Below are positions 41,403-51,481 of a DNA stretch of 64,000 bases, in pieces. Position 1 is the first letter of the stretch; every line of letters starts with the position of its first letter. Both the position numbers and the translations under genes were made by a program. Source of the DNA: Roseibacillus sp. GTDB taxonomy: Bacteria; Verrucomicrobiota; Verrucomicrobiia; Verrucomicrobiales; Akkermansiaceae. Location: assembly GCA_051251855.1 (NCBI GenBank), contig JBPOGI010000008.1, positions 1 to 64,000 on the forward strand, read 5' to 3'. The notes below the pieces were generated by a model that saw only the letters and a program-made list of their open reading frames with translations, made no database searches and was not told the DNA's origin.

Positions 41403-43109
41403 ATGCCTGTCTTTGCTCGTTTCATAAACAGCTGTCTAGCCATCCTCCTTTTGGGTGCTTGCAGTACGAATCACTACAAAAAACAGGCTGATAAGGACGT
41501 CTATGCCATCCTAAAGAAGGTCGAGAGCGACATCTTCGGAGACTCCTCCAACTTCTCTATCGACAGCCCCACCTCCGGAAAAAAGAGCAAGAACGTCACC
41601 CCCAAAACCGTTCTCAAATCCCGCACCCAAGGCGGAAAAGTCACCCTCTCCCTCGACCAAGCCCTCGGCTACGCCATTAAGAACAGCCGCGAGTATCAAT
41701 CGGAGAAAGAAAGACTCTACCTTACCGCCCTCACTCTCACCGGAGAGCAACACAGCTTCCGCCCCAACTTCTTCGGGCGCACCCGCATCCAAGGCACTCG
41801 AGCCAGCGATGGCGAACAAACCGGCACCGCAGCCTCAGAACTTGGCGTCAACCAGGCCCTTATCAGGGGCGGCAGTCTTGGCATTAGCATTGCCAATGAC
41901 CTCCTCAAATACTTCACCGGAGACCCCCGGCGCTCTGCGGTCTCGGTTCTCGACCTTAATATCACCCAACCCCTCCTCCGTGGAGCCGGCCATCAAATCG
42001 CCGCCGAACGACTCACTCAAACCAACCGCAACGTGATCTACGCCGTCCGCGATTTCTCCCATTTCCAGAACACCTTCTCGGTCGGGATCGTCAACGACTA
42101 CTTCGACCTCCTCCAACAGAAAAAGGTTATTTTCAACGAGTATAACAACTACGAATCCCGCCAAGCCAACCGGGAATACCTCACTGCCCGAGGCGACCGC
42201 GAATCACCAGAAGCTATCGGCGATGCCGAGCAAGCGGAGCTGCAAGCCAAGAACCGCTACATCAACTCCATCACAAGCTATCGAAACTCGCTCGATCAAT
42301 TTAAAATCACCCTCGGCCTCCCCCAAACCACCGACCTGCGGCTCGAGGACAAAGAGTTCGACCTTGTCCGCGCCGCTGGGGCCAAATCACTCTCCCTCGG
42401 CAGTCAAGAAGCCTTCCGCGTCGCGCTTGACCACCGTCTTCCCCTTTTCAATCAAATCGACCGCTTCGAGGATAACAAGCGCCAGGTCGCCATCGCGGCC
42501 AACCAGCTCAAAGCCGACCTCAACCTTCTCGCCAGCAGCTCTGTCAGCACCGACGGCGGCCCCACCGATTATGTGAACTTTGACTTCAATAAAGTCCGCA
42601 CCACCGTCGGCCTCCAACTGAACCTCCCTCTCGACCGCCTCCGTGAGCGTAACACCTACCGCGCCACCCTCATCAACTTCGAGTCCGCCACCCGCACCCT
42701 CGGGCAGAACTTCGATGAGCTCCGTAACCTCCTCGACCGCCGCATTCGCGAACTCGAGCAGTTTCGCCAATCCTACGAGATTCAGAGAAACGCCGTCGTC
42801 CTCGCCGCAAGGCGCGTGGAAGGAAACCAACTCCGCCTCAAAGCTGGCACCGTCATCTTCCGCCGCCTCAGTGAGTCCCAAGACGCTCTCATCTCCGCCC
42901 AAAACGCCGAGACCCTCGCTCTCGTCGACTACCTCGGCGCACGGCTCAACCTCCTCATCGACCTCGGCGTCCTGAAGTCCGATGAAAAGCGCTACTGGCT
43001 CAAGGAGAACCCTTCCAAAATCAAGTTCCAGAATGCTCCCCCGTTAGAAAACAGTCTCCCTCTCGAAATGGGCGACACCGTCATCTCACCTGAACGCCTC
43101 TTCCGATGA
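41403..43109 (+). CDS. TolC-family outer-membrane efflux lipoprotein
   Basis: Lipobox LGAC; ITQPLLRG; coiled coils; operon with MFP and ABC genes. Confidence 0.88.
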   Translation: MPVFARFINSCLAILLLGACSTNHYKKQADKDVYAILKKVESDIFGDSSNFSIDSPTSGKKSKNVTPKTVLKSRTQGGKVTLSLDQALGYAIKNSREYQSEKERLYLTALTLTGEQHSFRPNFFGRTRIQGTRASDGEQTGTAASELGVNQALIRGGSLGISIANDLLKYFTGDPRRSAVSVLDLNITQPLLRGAGHQIAAERLTQTNRNVIYAVRDFSHFQNTFSVGIVNDYFDLLQQKKVIFNEYNNYESRQANREYLTARGDRESPEAIGDAEQAELQAKNRYINSITSYRNSLDQFKITLGLPQTTDLRLEDKEFDLVRAAGAKSLSLGSQEAFRVALDHRLPLFNQIDRFEDNKRQVAIAANQLKADLNLLASSSVSTDGGPTDYVNFDFNKVRTTVGLQLNLPLDRLRERNTYRATLINFESATRTLGQNFDELRNLLDRRIRELEQFRQSYEIQRNAVVLAARRVEGNQLRLKAGTVIFRRLSESQDALISAQNAETLALVDYLGARLNLLIDLGVLKSDEKRYWLKENPSKIKFQNAPPLENSLPLEMGDTVISPERLFR

Positions 43110-44575
43110 AATTACTCTTCAAAAAAAGAATCCTCATTCCGCTCGTGCTCATCGCGCTGTTCGCCGCCTTCATCGTCAACAAGAGCGGCAAGGATACGGA
43201 TGATGGATTCTACCACACCGTCGAACGCGGCGACTTCGTCATCTCCATCGTCGAAGGGGGCACCCTCGAGGCCGTCAATGAAGTCGTCGTCAAAAACACC
43301 ATCGACGGTGAGTCCCGCATCATCTCGCTCATCCCCGAAGGCACCTACGTCAAGAAAGGCGACCTCCTCGTCGAGTTCGATGCCGGCGAAGCCGAGAACA
43401 AGGTAGAAGAACAACGCGTCCAATACCAATCCCGCGAAGCCGCCCTCGTCAAAGCTCAAAACGATCTCATCATCACCAAGAGCACCACCGAGAGTGAAAT
43501 CAGCCAAGCTGAGCAAGAAGTCCGCTTTGCCACCATGGATTTGGAGAAGTTCGAGCAACTCGAGAAAGTGCACAAGCTCCGAGAATCTGAACTCAAAATC
43601 GATGCCGCCGAGGAAGCCCTCAAACTCTCCCAGCAGAAATACGAGTGGTCCCTCAAACTCGCCGAAAAAGGATTCGAAACGCAGAGCCAGGTCGATCGCG
43701 ACAAGCTGGATGTCAGCTTCCGATCGAAGGAGTTTGAAACCGCCAAAAGCACCTTCAAAATGCTCGAGACCTTTGACCTCATCAAGCAGCACGCCGAGTT
43801 CACTTCTAAGAAAAAGGAAGCCATCGCAAAACTCGGGCGCGCCAAAAAACAAGGCGAAAGCAAAACCACCCAACATGAGGCCGCCGTCAAATCCGCCGAA
43901 ATCACCCTCAAGGTCACCAAGGAAAGCCTCGACAAGAAGACCAAACAACTCGACGCAACCAAGGTCTACGCCCCGCAGGACGGCCTCCTCATTTACGCCA
44001 AGCCGAGATATTACTGGAGCGATGATGCCCAGATCACCGAAGGCGCCATGGTCCGAAACCGCATGGATCTTGTCAAAATTCCCGACGTCTCCTCGATGAA
44101 GGTGACCGTCAAGATTCACGAGTCCATGATCAGCCAGGTCAAAACGGGGCTGAAAGCCTATGTCGTACTGGATTCCCGCCCGGACGAACGCTTCAATGCC
44201 GAGGTTACCAAAGTGGCCATCCTTCCCGATAGCGAACAGAACTGGTCCAATCCCGACCTCAAAGTCTACACCACCGAAGTCGTCATCTCAGAAGTCATCG
44301 AGGGCATTAAACCCGGCGTCTCCGCCAAGGTTGAAATCATCACCGAGGAACTCTCCAACGTCCTCACCGTCCCCATCCAAGCCGTCACCACTGTCGACGG
44401 AAAACAAATGTGCTACCGCTCAAAGGGAGGTGAGCCCGTTGGCATCCCCGTCGAGGTCGGCAAGTTCAACACCAAACACATCGAGATTAAATCCGGACTC
44501 AAAGAAGGCAGCAAAGTCATGCTCGACCCACCTCTCGACACCAACATCAATCTCACCGGAGAAACCTCGCAGTAG
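43106..44575 (+). CDS. Periplasmic adaptor (MacA/HlyD-like)
   Basis: EGTYVKKGDLLVEFD, APQDG, IKPGVSA, VPIQAV. Confidence 0.9.
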   Translation: MKLLFKKRILIPLVLIALFAAFIVNKSGKDTDDGFYHTVERGDFVISIVEGGTLEAVNEVVVKNTIDGESRIISLIPEGTYVKKGDLLVEFDAGEAENKVEEQRVQYQSREAALVKAQNDLIITKSTTESEISQAEQEVRFATMDLEKFEQLEKVHKLRESELKIDAAEEALKLSQQKYEWSLKLAEKGFETQSQVDRDKLDVSFRSKEFETAKSTFKMLETFDLIKQHAEFTSKKKEAIAKLGRAKKQGESKTTQHEAAVKSAEITLKVTKESLDKKTKQLDATKVYAPQDGLLIYAKPRYYWSDDAQITEGAMVRNRMDLVKIPDVSSMKVTVKIHESMISQVKTGLKAYVVLDSRPDERFNAEVTKVAILPDSEQNWSNPDLKVYTTEVVISEVIEGIKPGVSAKVEIITEELSNVLTVPIQAVTTVDGKQMCYRSKGGEPVGIPVEVGKFNTKHIEIKSGLKEGSKVMLDPPLDTNINLTGETSQ

Positions 44576-44586
44576 GAGTAGAATCA

Positions 44587-45309
44587 ATGAGCGATTCCAC
44601 TGCAGCTTCCGAGGTTATCCGAATCCGGAAAATCGAAAAGAACTTCCAAGTCGGCGAGGTCGAAGTCCGTGCCCTTCGTGGAATCGACCTCACCATCACC
44701 AAAGGTGAGTTCGTCGCCATCATGGGACCCTCCGGCTCAGGGAAGTCGACCCTGCTCAATATCCTCGGCTGCCTCGATCGCCCGACCACAGGTGAGTATT
44801 TTCTCGGAGGCGAAGACGTCGCCCAAATGGATGACGACACCCTCTCTGCCGCCCGCGGAAAACGACTCGGCTTCATCTTCCAGTCCTACAACCTCATCGC
44901 CCAACTGACCGTTCTCGAAAACATTCAAGTCCCCCTCATCTACCAACAAGAGAGCCTCGAAGAACACAAGGAGCGCTGCGAGGAACTCGGAAAACTGGTT
45001 GGCCTCAGCGACCGCCTTGACCACCGACCCAACCAACTCTCCGGCGGCCAGCAACAGCGCGTGGCCATCGCCCGTTCTCTCGTCAATGAACCCCTCATGA
45101 TTCTTGCCGATGAGCCCACCGGAAACCTCGACTCCCAAACCGAAATCGAAGTCCTCGCCATCATCAACGACCTCAACAAGCAGGGCCGCACCATCGTTCT
45201 CGTCACGCACGACGACATCGTCTCTTACCACGCCCACCGCGTCATCCACATGAAGGATGGCCGCATTGACCGCGAAGTCATCAACTCCAACCCGGGAAGC
45301 AAACCATGA
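44587..45309 (+). CDS. ABC transporter ATP-binding protein (MacB/LolD-like)
   Basis: [16 protein letters not shown] and DEPTGNLD motifs. Confidence 0.95.
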   Translation: MSDSTAASEVIRIRKIEKNFQVGEVEVRALRGIDLTITKGEFVAIMGPSGSGKSTLLNILGCLDRPTTGEYFLGGEDVAQMDDDTLSAARGKRLGFIFQSYNLIAQLTVLENIQVPLIYQQESLEEHKERCEELGKLVGLSDRLDHRPNQLSGGQQQRVAIARSLVNEPLMILADEPTGNLDSQTEIEVLAIINDLNKQGRTIVLVTHDDIVSYHAHRVIHMKDGRIDREVINSNPGSKP

Positions 45310-46592
45310 TTTCTTCCCACCTTCTCAACACCGTCCAGCTTGGCATCAAGAGCCTCCTGCTGCACAAGCTGCGCTCGGGCCTCACCATGCTGGGGATCAT
45401 CTTCGGGGTTTGCTCCGTCATCGCGATGCTCGCGATCGGAGAAGGCGCTTCCTTCGAAGCGCAAGAACGCATCAAGCGCCTCGGCAGCGAGAACATCATC
45501 GTCAACAGCATCAAGCCACCCGAGGACAACCAACAAAACTCCAGCGGCAAATCCTTCTCCGTCGAATACGGCATCACCAACAAGGACGTCACTCGAATTC
45601 AAGACACCATTCCTGGGGTTGAGAGGGTTGTTCCCCTGCGCATCATTCGCGAAAACATCCGCTTCGACCGCAATCAAGAAGCCGGTCAAATCATCGGCAC
45701 CCTCCCCTCCTACGCTCTCGTTCAAAATGTCGACGTCGTCGCCGGCCGCTTTCTCAGCGACACCGACCAACGCTTCGAGCGCAACGTTTGCATCATCACC
45801 CAAAGCCTCGTCCGCAAACTCTTCCCCTACCAAGACCCGCTGAAGTCCACCGTCCGCGTCAAAGATGGCTACTACGAAGTCGTGGGCGTCATCGATGAAA
45901 CCGGCACCTCCGAGCAACGCCCCCAAATGGGCGACAGCCAGGGCAAGGCCGTCGACAACAACATCTACATCCCTCTTTCTACCGCCCGCTCTCGCTTCGG
46001 AGAATTACTCATCAAGCGCACCTCCGGAAATACCAGCGCCGAGCGCGTCGAGCTCCACCGTCTCATCATCCGCATGAGCAGTCCCAAGACCGTCATCTCT
46101 GGAGAAAGGCAAATCCAACATCTCTTCAACCACTTCCACGAGAAGAAAGACTTCGAGCTCATCGTCCCCCTCCAGCTCCTGCGCGAAGCCGAGGCCACCA
46201 AGCGCATGTTCAACATCGTCCTCGGCTCCATCGCCGCCATCTCCCTCCTCGTGGGTGGCATCGGCATCATGAACATCATGCTCGCCACCGTCACCGAGCG
46301 CACCCGCGAAATCGGGGTCCGCCGTGCCCTGGGAGCCAAACGGAAGGACATCATCGTGCAATTCCTCATCGAAACCATCGTCCTCTCCATCGGCGGTGGC
46401 CTCATCGGAGTCCTCCTCGGCATCCTCGTCCCGGTTTGCGTCTCCTACTTCACCGACATGAAGACCATCATCACTCCTTGGTCCGTCTTCCTCGCCTTTA
46501 GCATCTCGGGCCTCACCGGCATCATCTTCGGCATCTACCCCGCCTCCCAAGCCGCCAAACTCGACCCCATCGACGCCCTCCGTCAGGAGTAG
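45306..46592 (+). CDS. ABC permease (MacB/FtsX-like)
   Basis: RSGLTMLGIIFGV; GGIGIMNIML..VTERTREIGVRRALGA; LDPIDALR. Confidence 0.95.
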   Translation: MISSHLLNTVQLGIKSLLLHKLRSGLTMLGIIFGVCSVIAMLAIGEGASFEAQERIKRLGSENIIVNSIKPPEDNQQNSSGKSFSVEYGITNKDVTRIQDTIPGVERVVPLRIIRENIRFDRNQEAGQIIGTLPSYALVQNVDVVAGRFLSDTDQRFERNVCIITQSLVRKLFPYQDPLKSTVRVKDGYYEVVGVIDETGTSEQRPQMGDSQGKAVDNNIYIPLSTARSRFGELLIKRTSGNTSAERVELHRLIIRMSSPKTVISGERQIQHLFNHFHEKKDFELIVPLQLLREAEATKRMFNIVLGSIAAISLLVGGIGIMNIMLATVTERTREIGVRRALGAKRKDIIVQFLIETIVLSIGGGLIGVLLGILVPVCVSYFTDMKTIITPWSVFLAFSISGLTGIIFGIYPASQAAKLDPIDALRQE

Positions 46593-46655
46593 GAGGCAAA
46601 CTATTCCGGAATCCCCTTGCACTTACAGGCATCAACACACACCACCTCAACCACC

Positions 46656-46946
46656 ATGCCAGAGAAAACAACGCCCTCCTCTTTCGGATTTCCAAAATCC
46701 ACCCCAAAAAGTCTACAAGCGGAAATCGAGAAGCTCATTCCCAAAGAGCAACACGAACAAGCCATTGTCATCCTGCGCGATAATGAGAAGCAAAGCCTCC
46801 GCGACGTTCTCTCCACCAAGCCTTACAGCCTCGGTCCCAACATGATCGCGATGCTGATGAAGAACTACTACTCCCACGGCTGCGACCCCGCCACCATTTT
46901 GGACAAAGCGAGCCAGCTCGCCGCCCTCACCCAGCCAAAAAAATAG
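46656..46946 (+). CDS. Small hypothetical protein (96 aa)
   Basis: Genome-typical codon usage; a decayed copy of its 3' half lies at 48867-49008. Confidence 0.7.
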   Translation: MPEKTTPSSFGFPKSTPKSLQAEIEKLIPKEQHEQAIVILRDNEKQSLRDVLSTKPYSLGPNMIAMLMKNYYSHGCDPATILDKASQLAALTQPKK

Positions 46947-47298
46947 TCCTGCCAACAACGCCCGGCTCGGGCCCGGAATCGAGATAAATGGAAGCCCGAG
47001 AGGGTCAGCCCGCACGTCCGAACACTCGTCTTGCCTACGTTCCCCTCCTCTCAAAGGCCCACTTTGCTGACTGAGCCTCTCATGCAAATCCCCCTGTTCT
47101 GGGAATTTTCAAACTCTCAGCCCAACTTTAGGCTTGATGAAGCTCATTCCCCCCAGTTTGGTTAGCTAGGTAAAATGTAGGGAACGGAGTTCTCTCCTCT
47201 TTCTTGATCCTTCTCCGGTCCTCACAAAAAAGGTTTCTGAGAAAATGAGGGGAAAATGGAAATTTCCTAGCAATGAAACATTACAACAAGCACTCCCA

Positions 47299-48768
47299 AT
47301 GAAATCTCCAAGACATCTTCTCTGTCCAACACTTCTCATTTTCTCCGCCTTACCCTCCCTAGGCGGCACCGTAACCAACAACAGCGCCACTGACCCGGGT
47401 TCTTTAAGATCGACTATCGCGAGCGCAGTCTCTGGGGAGACGATCGATTTTGCACCGAATCTAGATGGTGAAACGATTACCCTCGAAGGGCAGATTTCCA
47501 TCACCAAAGACCTCATCATCGACGCATCGAGCCTACCGAATGGCATCACTATCGACGGCAACGGCGCAGTCACCGAGCAACGCGTCTTTATCCTACCGAG
47601 CGCAGGTACTGAAACTACATTTCGGGGACTCACTATCACTGGAGGATCGGAGACATTCGGGGGAGCGATACAGGTTAGTCAAAGTACTTTAAAGCTCTAC
47701 GACTGCACCCTCACCGGAAACACTTCTGACTTCATCGGTGGCGCCATCTATGTCGTTAATCGCCGTTCGAAGACCTCTCCTGCCAGGCTTGAAATGTATA
47801 ACTGCAGCCTATTCGCAAACTATGCAGAGGACCGCGGCGGAGCCATATTCCTCAACGGCTCTGACGGAGGAACGGTTTCAGGACTTTTCGAATCATGCAC
47901 CTTTGCCGAGAATCGCGCCGACGATCGTGGAGGCGCGATCATTTCTTCGGGTCCTGGGACCGACGCTGAGGCTAGCTTAATCCTCCGCTCCTGCACCATC
48001 TCGAATAATCAAGGCGGGCGCAACGGCGGAGGCGGCGTAGTCAGCGATGGTCGCTTCGAAGGGAATTCGGTGCTCGAACTGGACAATACAATCATTGCCG
48101 GAAACACGGCGCCATTTGGCATCGACCTTCAAGAACGTAGTACTTCAAACGGAGCGACTTTCCTGACTCTGACGGGAGTGAATTTGATTTCCGATCTCGG
48201 TGGCAACAGCATCGTCTCTGGGACCGTGTTAGAGGGACTGCCCGGACTCGCGCCCCTCGGCAACTACGGCGGCAAGACACCAACCATGCCTCCCCTACTC
48301 GCTTCACTCGCCATTGATCCAACCGGAGGCATCACCACCGATCCCGGCGGAACCGACCAGCGCGGGTTCTCACGTTTTGTGAATGGCACCGTGGACATCG
48401 GCGCCTCCGAATTTCAAGGCGCCGCCCAAGAGCTCAATATCGGCTTCTTCGGTGATCACGACGGTGACGGCACCCCGACCGGACTTGAGCAAGCAGTCGG
48501 ATCGGATCCTCTCGTCGTTGACCTCGCTCATCCCAACAAACTCATGATCATGGGAGTCGACGCCAGCGGCCAAGCTACTTTATCCTTTGGATACGAAGAC
48601 CAGACGATTGGTCTTAACCTCCTTCGCTCCACGAATCTCGAGAGCTTTGTGCCACTGATCACCGGAGTTGCCGCACCTGCACCAGGTATGCTGATCGAGA
48701 TCAACGATCCAAACCCAGCGACAGGTGGAAAGGCCTTCTACAAACTCGAGGCCGTCCCACTTAACTAG
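47299..48768 (+). CDS. Secreted beta-helix protein with choice-of-anchor-Q-like domain
   Basis: Signal peptide; PGSLR motif; Pmp-like GGAI repeats; LAPLGNYGGKTPT...DQRG...DIGASE. Confidence 0.85.
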   Translation: MKSPRHLLCPTLLIFSALPSLGGTVTNNSATDPGSLRSTIASAVSGETIDFAPNLDGETITLEGQISITKDLIIDASSLPNGITIDGNGAVTEQRVFILPSAGTETTFRGLTITGGSETFGGAIQVSQSTLKLYDCTLTGNTSDFIGGAIYVVNRRSKTSPARLEMYNCSLFANYAEDRGGAIFLNGSDGGTVSGLFESCTFAENRADDRGGAIISSGPGTDAEASLILRSCTISNNQGGRNGGGGVVSDGRFEGNSVLELDNTIIAGNTAPFGIDLQERSTSNGATFLTLTGVNLISDLGGNSIVSGTVLEGLPGLAPLGNYGGKTPTMPPLLASLAIDPTGGITTDPGGTDQRGFSRFVNGTVDIGASEFQGAAQELNIGFFGDHDGDGTPTGLEQAVGSDPLVVDLAHPNKLMIMGVDASGQATLSFGYEDQTIGLNLLRSTNLESFVPLITGVAAPAPGMLIEINDPNPATGGKAFYKLEAVPLN

Positions 48769-48866
48769 TGGCCCACGACACTAAGACATTACCCCTCATC
48801 GACGATAAGAGCGAAGTCAATAGAAGACGAAACCGATACCTCAGATTGTCTCGGAAACTCTTGTGG

Positions 48867-49008
48867 AGCCTCCGTGACAATCTCTCCACAAAATCTTAAC
48901 AGCTCGAGCGCGATGCTGATGAAGGATGGATCCTCCCACGGATAAGACCCCGCCACGATTCTGGAGAAAGCGAGCCAGCTCGCCGCACTCATCCAAGACA
49001 AGAAGTAA
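48867..49008 (+). pseudogene. Degenerate duplicate of 46794-46946
   Basis: Shared blocks agcctccg.gac, cgcgatgctgatgaag, ctcccacgg, gaccccgccac and aaagcgagccagctcgccgc; in-frame TAA and indels. Confidence 0.85.
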
Positions 49009-49096
49009 TCTCAGGCATCGACCTCACCCAATTCGCATCGCCTGCGAAGGTGATGGTTACGAACTCACAGAGAAACCTAATCATATTCCAACTTTT

Positions 49097-49130
49097 AAAA
49101 GCCGCCCCTGTCCGAAGTGGGCGGTTTTTT
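49097..49130. terminator. Probable terminator downstream of the carbonic anhydrase gene
   Basis: aaaagccgccc-N11-gggcggtttttt. Confidence 0.65.
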
Positions 49131-49159
49131 CGAAAACCGGACCAGAGACTCTCACGCTC

Positions 49160-49741
49160 TCAGCCCGCTTTTCCCGCGGCAGTGGCAGCAGGCACTTCGT
49201 TGAGCTTGCCTGTCTTGCAATCGTAGATGTAACCGTAAATCGGAATATCGTTTGGAACCAACGGGCTATTGCGAATGCGCTGAACATCTTCCACGACACT
49301 TTTTTCCTGGTCGGTGAAGGTCAGCCACTGAATGAACTTCCCTTCAACTGAGCCTGGGCCATCGCCACTGTCTTGCCAACCGGAAGCGTCGACGCTGGAG
49401 GTCTTCAAGCTGCTGGCGAGGAGGTCACCCATGATCTGGTTGTCGAAGGTCAGCATCCCACAATCGGTGTGGTGGATGACGAACCACTCTTTCGTTCCGA
49501 GTAGCTTGTAGGAAATCACCAACGAGCGGATGGCATCGTCGCTCGCGCGTCCGCCGGCATTGCGAATGACATGAGCGTCGCCTTCAGCAAGGCCTGCATA
49601 CTTCGCCGGATCGAGCCGTGCGTCCATGCAGGTCAAGATTGCGAAATGCCTCCCGGGAGGCATCGGTAGCTCACCCTTACTTCCAAACTCGGCAACATAA
49701 GTCGCATTAGCAGCCAACACCTCATCATGAATCTTGCTCAT
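49160..49741 (-). CDS. Beta-class carbonic anhydrase
   Basis: [14 protein letters not shown] and HHTDCG zinc-ligand motifs. Confidence 0.95.
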   Translation of the reverse strand: MSKIHDEVLAANATYVAEFGSKGELPMPPGRHFAILTCMDARLDPAKYAGLAEGDAHVIRNAGGRASDDAIRSLVISYKLLGTKEWFVIHHTDCGMLTFDNQIMGDLLASSLKTSSVDASGWQDSGDGPGSVEGKFIQWLTFTDQEKSVVEDVQRIRNSPLVPNDIPIYGYIYDCKTGKLNEVPAATAAGKAG

Positions 49742-49822
49742 TTCGAAAGGCTATCGGAAGCGGACAGGGAGACACCAGCCAAAAAACCAAAGAGATTTAC
49801 CTCTCAAGTATCTCCCCAAAAC

Positions 49823-51292
49823 CTACTTCAGAGGCACCGCGTTGGCAGGGACATACTGTGAGGCGTCGCGCTTCTTTTTGACTGCCCAAGCTTCATCAGA
49901 AATCTTGGTGCGCCTTTTTGCACGATGGCTGAGCGGCCAATTGGGGTCTTCTTGGTGAGCATCTTCAAAAATAGTTTTCGCCTTCGCGACCAACTCGGGA
50001 CTTTCCTTCGCGAGGTCATTCTTCTCACCCGCATCCTTGGAGAGGTCAAAAATTTCAATCGGCTTCTTGAAGCCATTCTTTACCGCTTTCCAGTCCTCCC
50101 AGCGCGCAGCCTGATAAGCCCCGGCGCCTTCCTTGTCTTCATGGAGCTCCCAGTAGAAGTAGTCACGTTCAGGTGCCGCTCCTCCCTTGAGAAAAGAAGC
50201 GAGTGAGAGTCCATCGGTTTGATAGCCTTCCGGTTCCTCCACCCCAGCCAGTTCAACAAAGGTCGGCATCAGGTCCCAAAAGGCCCAAGGCTCGTCACTC
50301 ACTCGGCCCGCTGGCACCACTCCAGGCCACCAAGCAAAGGCCGCTTGCCTCAACGCTCCTTCATACATCCCTCGCTTATAACCGCGCATCCCATTGGCGT
50401 CTTGCTGAAAGAGCTTCCCAATCTCGGACTTGGGATTGAAGGAAGAACCATTGTCGCCCGCAAAAACGATGAGAGTATTCTTATCTTTGCCCAACTCCTT
50501 GAGTAAGTCCACCAGCTCTCCAACATCGCGATCAATGCGAGTCACCTGAGCGGCGTAAGACTTTTGTCGGTCACTCCAAGGCTTATCCTGATAGATCCCA
50601 AAGTCATCAATCTCATGAGGACCGTGAGGCAGCGTGATGGCGTAAAAGAGGAAGAAGGGATTCTTCTTTTGCTCGCGAACCCACTCTAACATCTCCTTTT
50701 GAACGAGGGCTTGAGAATAGGTCTCCCCCACCCCTTTGCCTGTATTTCCAGGAAGTTTGATCGGAACATCGTCATCCCACAGATAGGTAGGAAAGTAGGA
50801 ATGCGCATGTCGCTGACAATTGTAACCATAGAAGCGGTCCATCCCCTGTTTGAAAGGACTGCCCTCACCATCAAAAAAGCCCATGCCCCATTTTCCAAAA
50901 GTCGCGGTGGCGTAACCACCCGCTTTGGCCACTTCCCCAATAGTCAAGGTCTCCGCTGGCACGGGAAGCTGTCCTTCGGGCGGCAGTTCATAGTTCCCAC
51001 GGATAGCGCAGTGACCAGAGTGCTTCCCCGTGAAGAATGAAGCTCGGCTCGGAGCACAGACTGTAGTTCCGCAATACGCCTGCAGGTAGCGGGTACCTTC
51101 TTGACATAGGGCATCCAGCCGTGGGGTTTGAATCAGCTCCTGACCGTAGATGCCGAGGTCTCCCTGCGCGACATCATCACTCAGGATGAAGACAAAGTTA
51201 GGCCGCTCCGCTCCGAAAAGAGAAGAAGTGAAAGAAAAAGCGATCCCACTGAATATGCCCAGCAGGACGAGAAGAGTTGGCAAACAACGCAT
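49823..51292 (-). CDS. Formylglycine-dependent (aryl)sulfatase
   Basis: [20 protein letters not shown] and DNG motifs. Confidence 0.93.
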   Translation of the reverse strand: MRCLPTLLVLLGIFSGIAFSFTSSLFGAERPNFVFILSDDVAQGDLGIYGQELIQTPRLDALCQEGTRYLQAYCGTTVCAPSRASFFTGKHSGHCAIRGNYELPPEGQLPVPAETLTIGEVAKAGGYATATFGKWGMGFFDGEGSPFKQGMDRFYGYNCQRHAHSYFPTYLWDDDVPIKLPGNTGKGVGETYSQALVQKEMLEWVREQKKNPFFLFYAITLPHGPHEIDDFGIYQDKPWSDRQKSYAAQVTRIDRDVGELVDLLKELGKDKNTLIVFAGDNGSSFNPKSEIGKLFQQDANGMRGYKRGMYEGALRQAAFAWWPGVVPAGRVSDEPWAFWDLMPTFVELAGVEEPEGYQTDGLSLASFLKGGAAPERDYFYWELHEDKEGAGAYQAARWEDWKAVKNGFKKPIEIFDLSKDAGEKNDLAKESPELVAKAKTIFEDAHQEDPNWPLSHRAKRRTKISDEAWAVKKKRDASQYVPANAVPLK

Positions 51293-51481
51293 CCCGTAAG
51301 CTAGATCTTCTACGAGCCAATAACAATCCCGACCTCAGCTAAAATCTAAAAAGGAGAGACATCTAGAGCACCAGCCGGTGGCAGTTCGGCTCTCTTGAGA
51401 ACGCAGAATTTTGGGAGTTTTGAATCCTCGAAAGAATGCTAGCGTTTCTTTCGTCTCAACGCCTATCTCCACAACGCTTTT

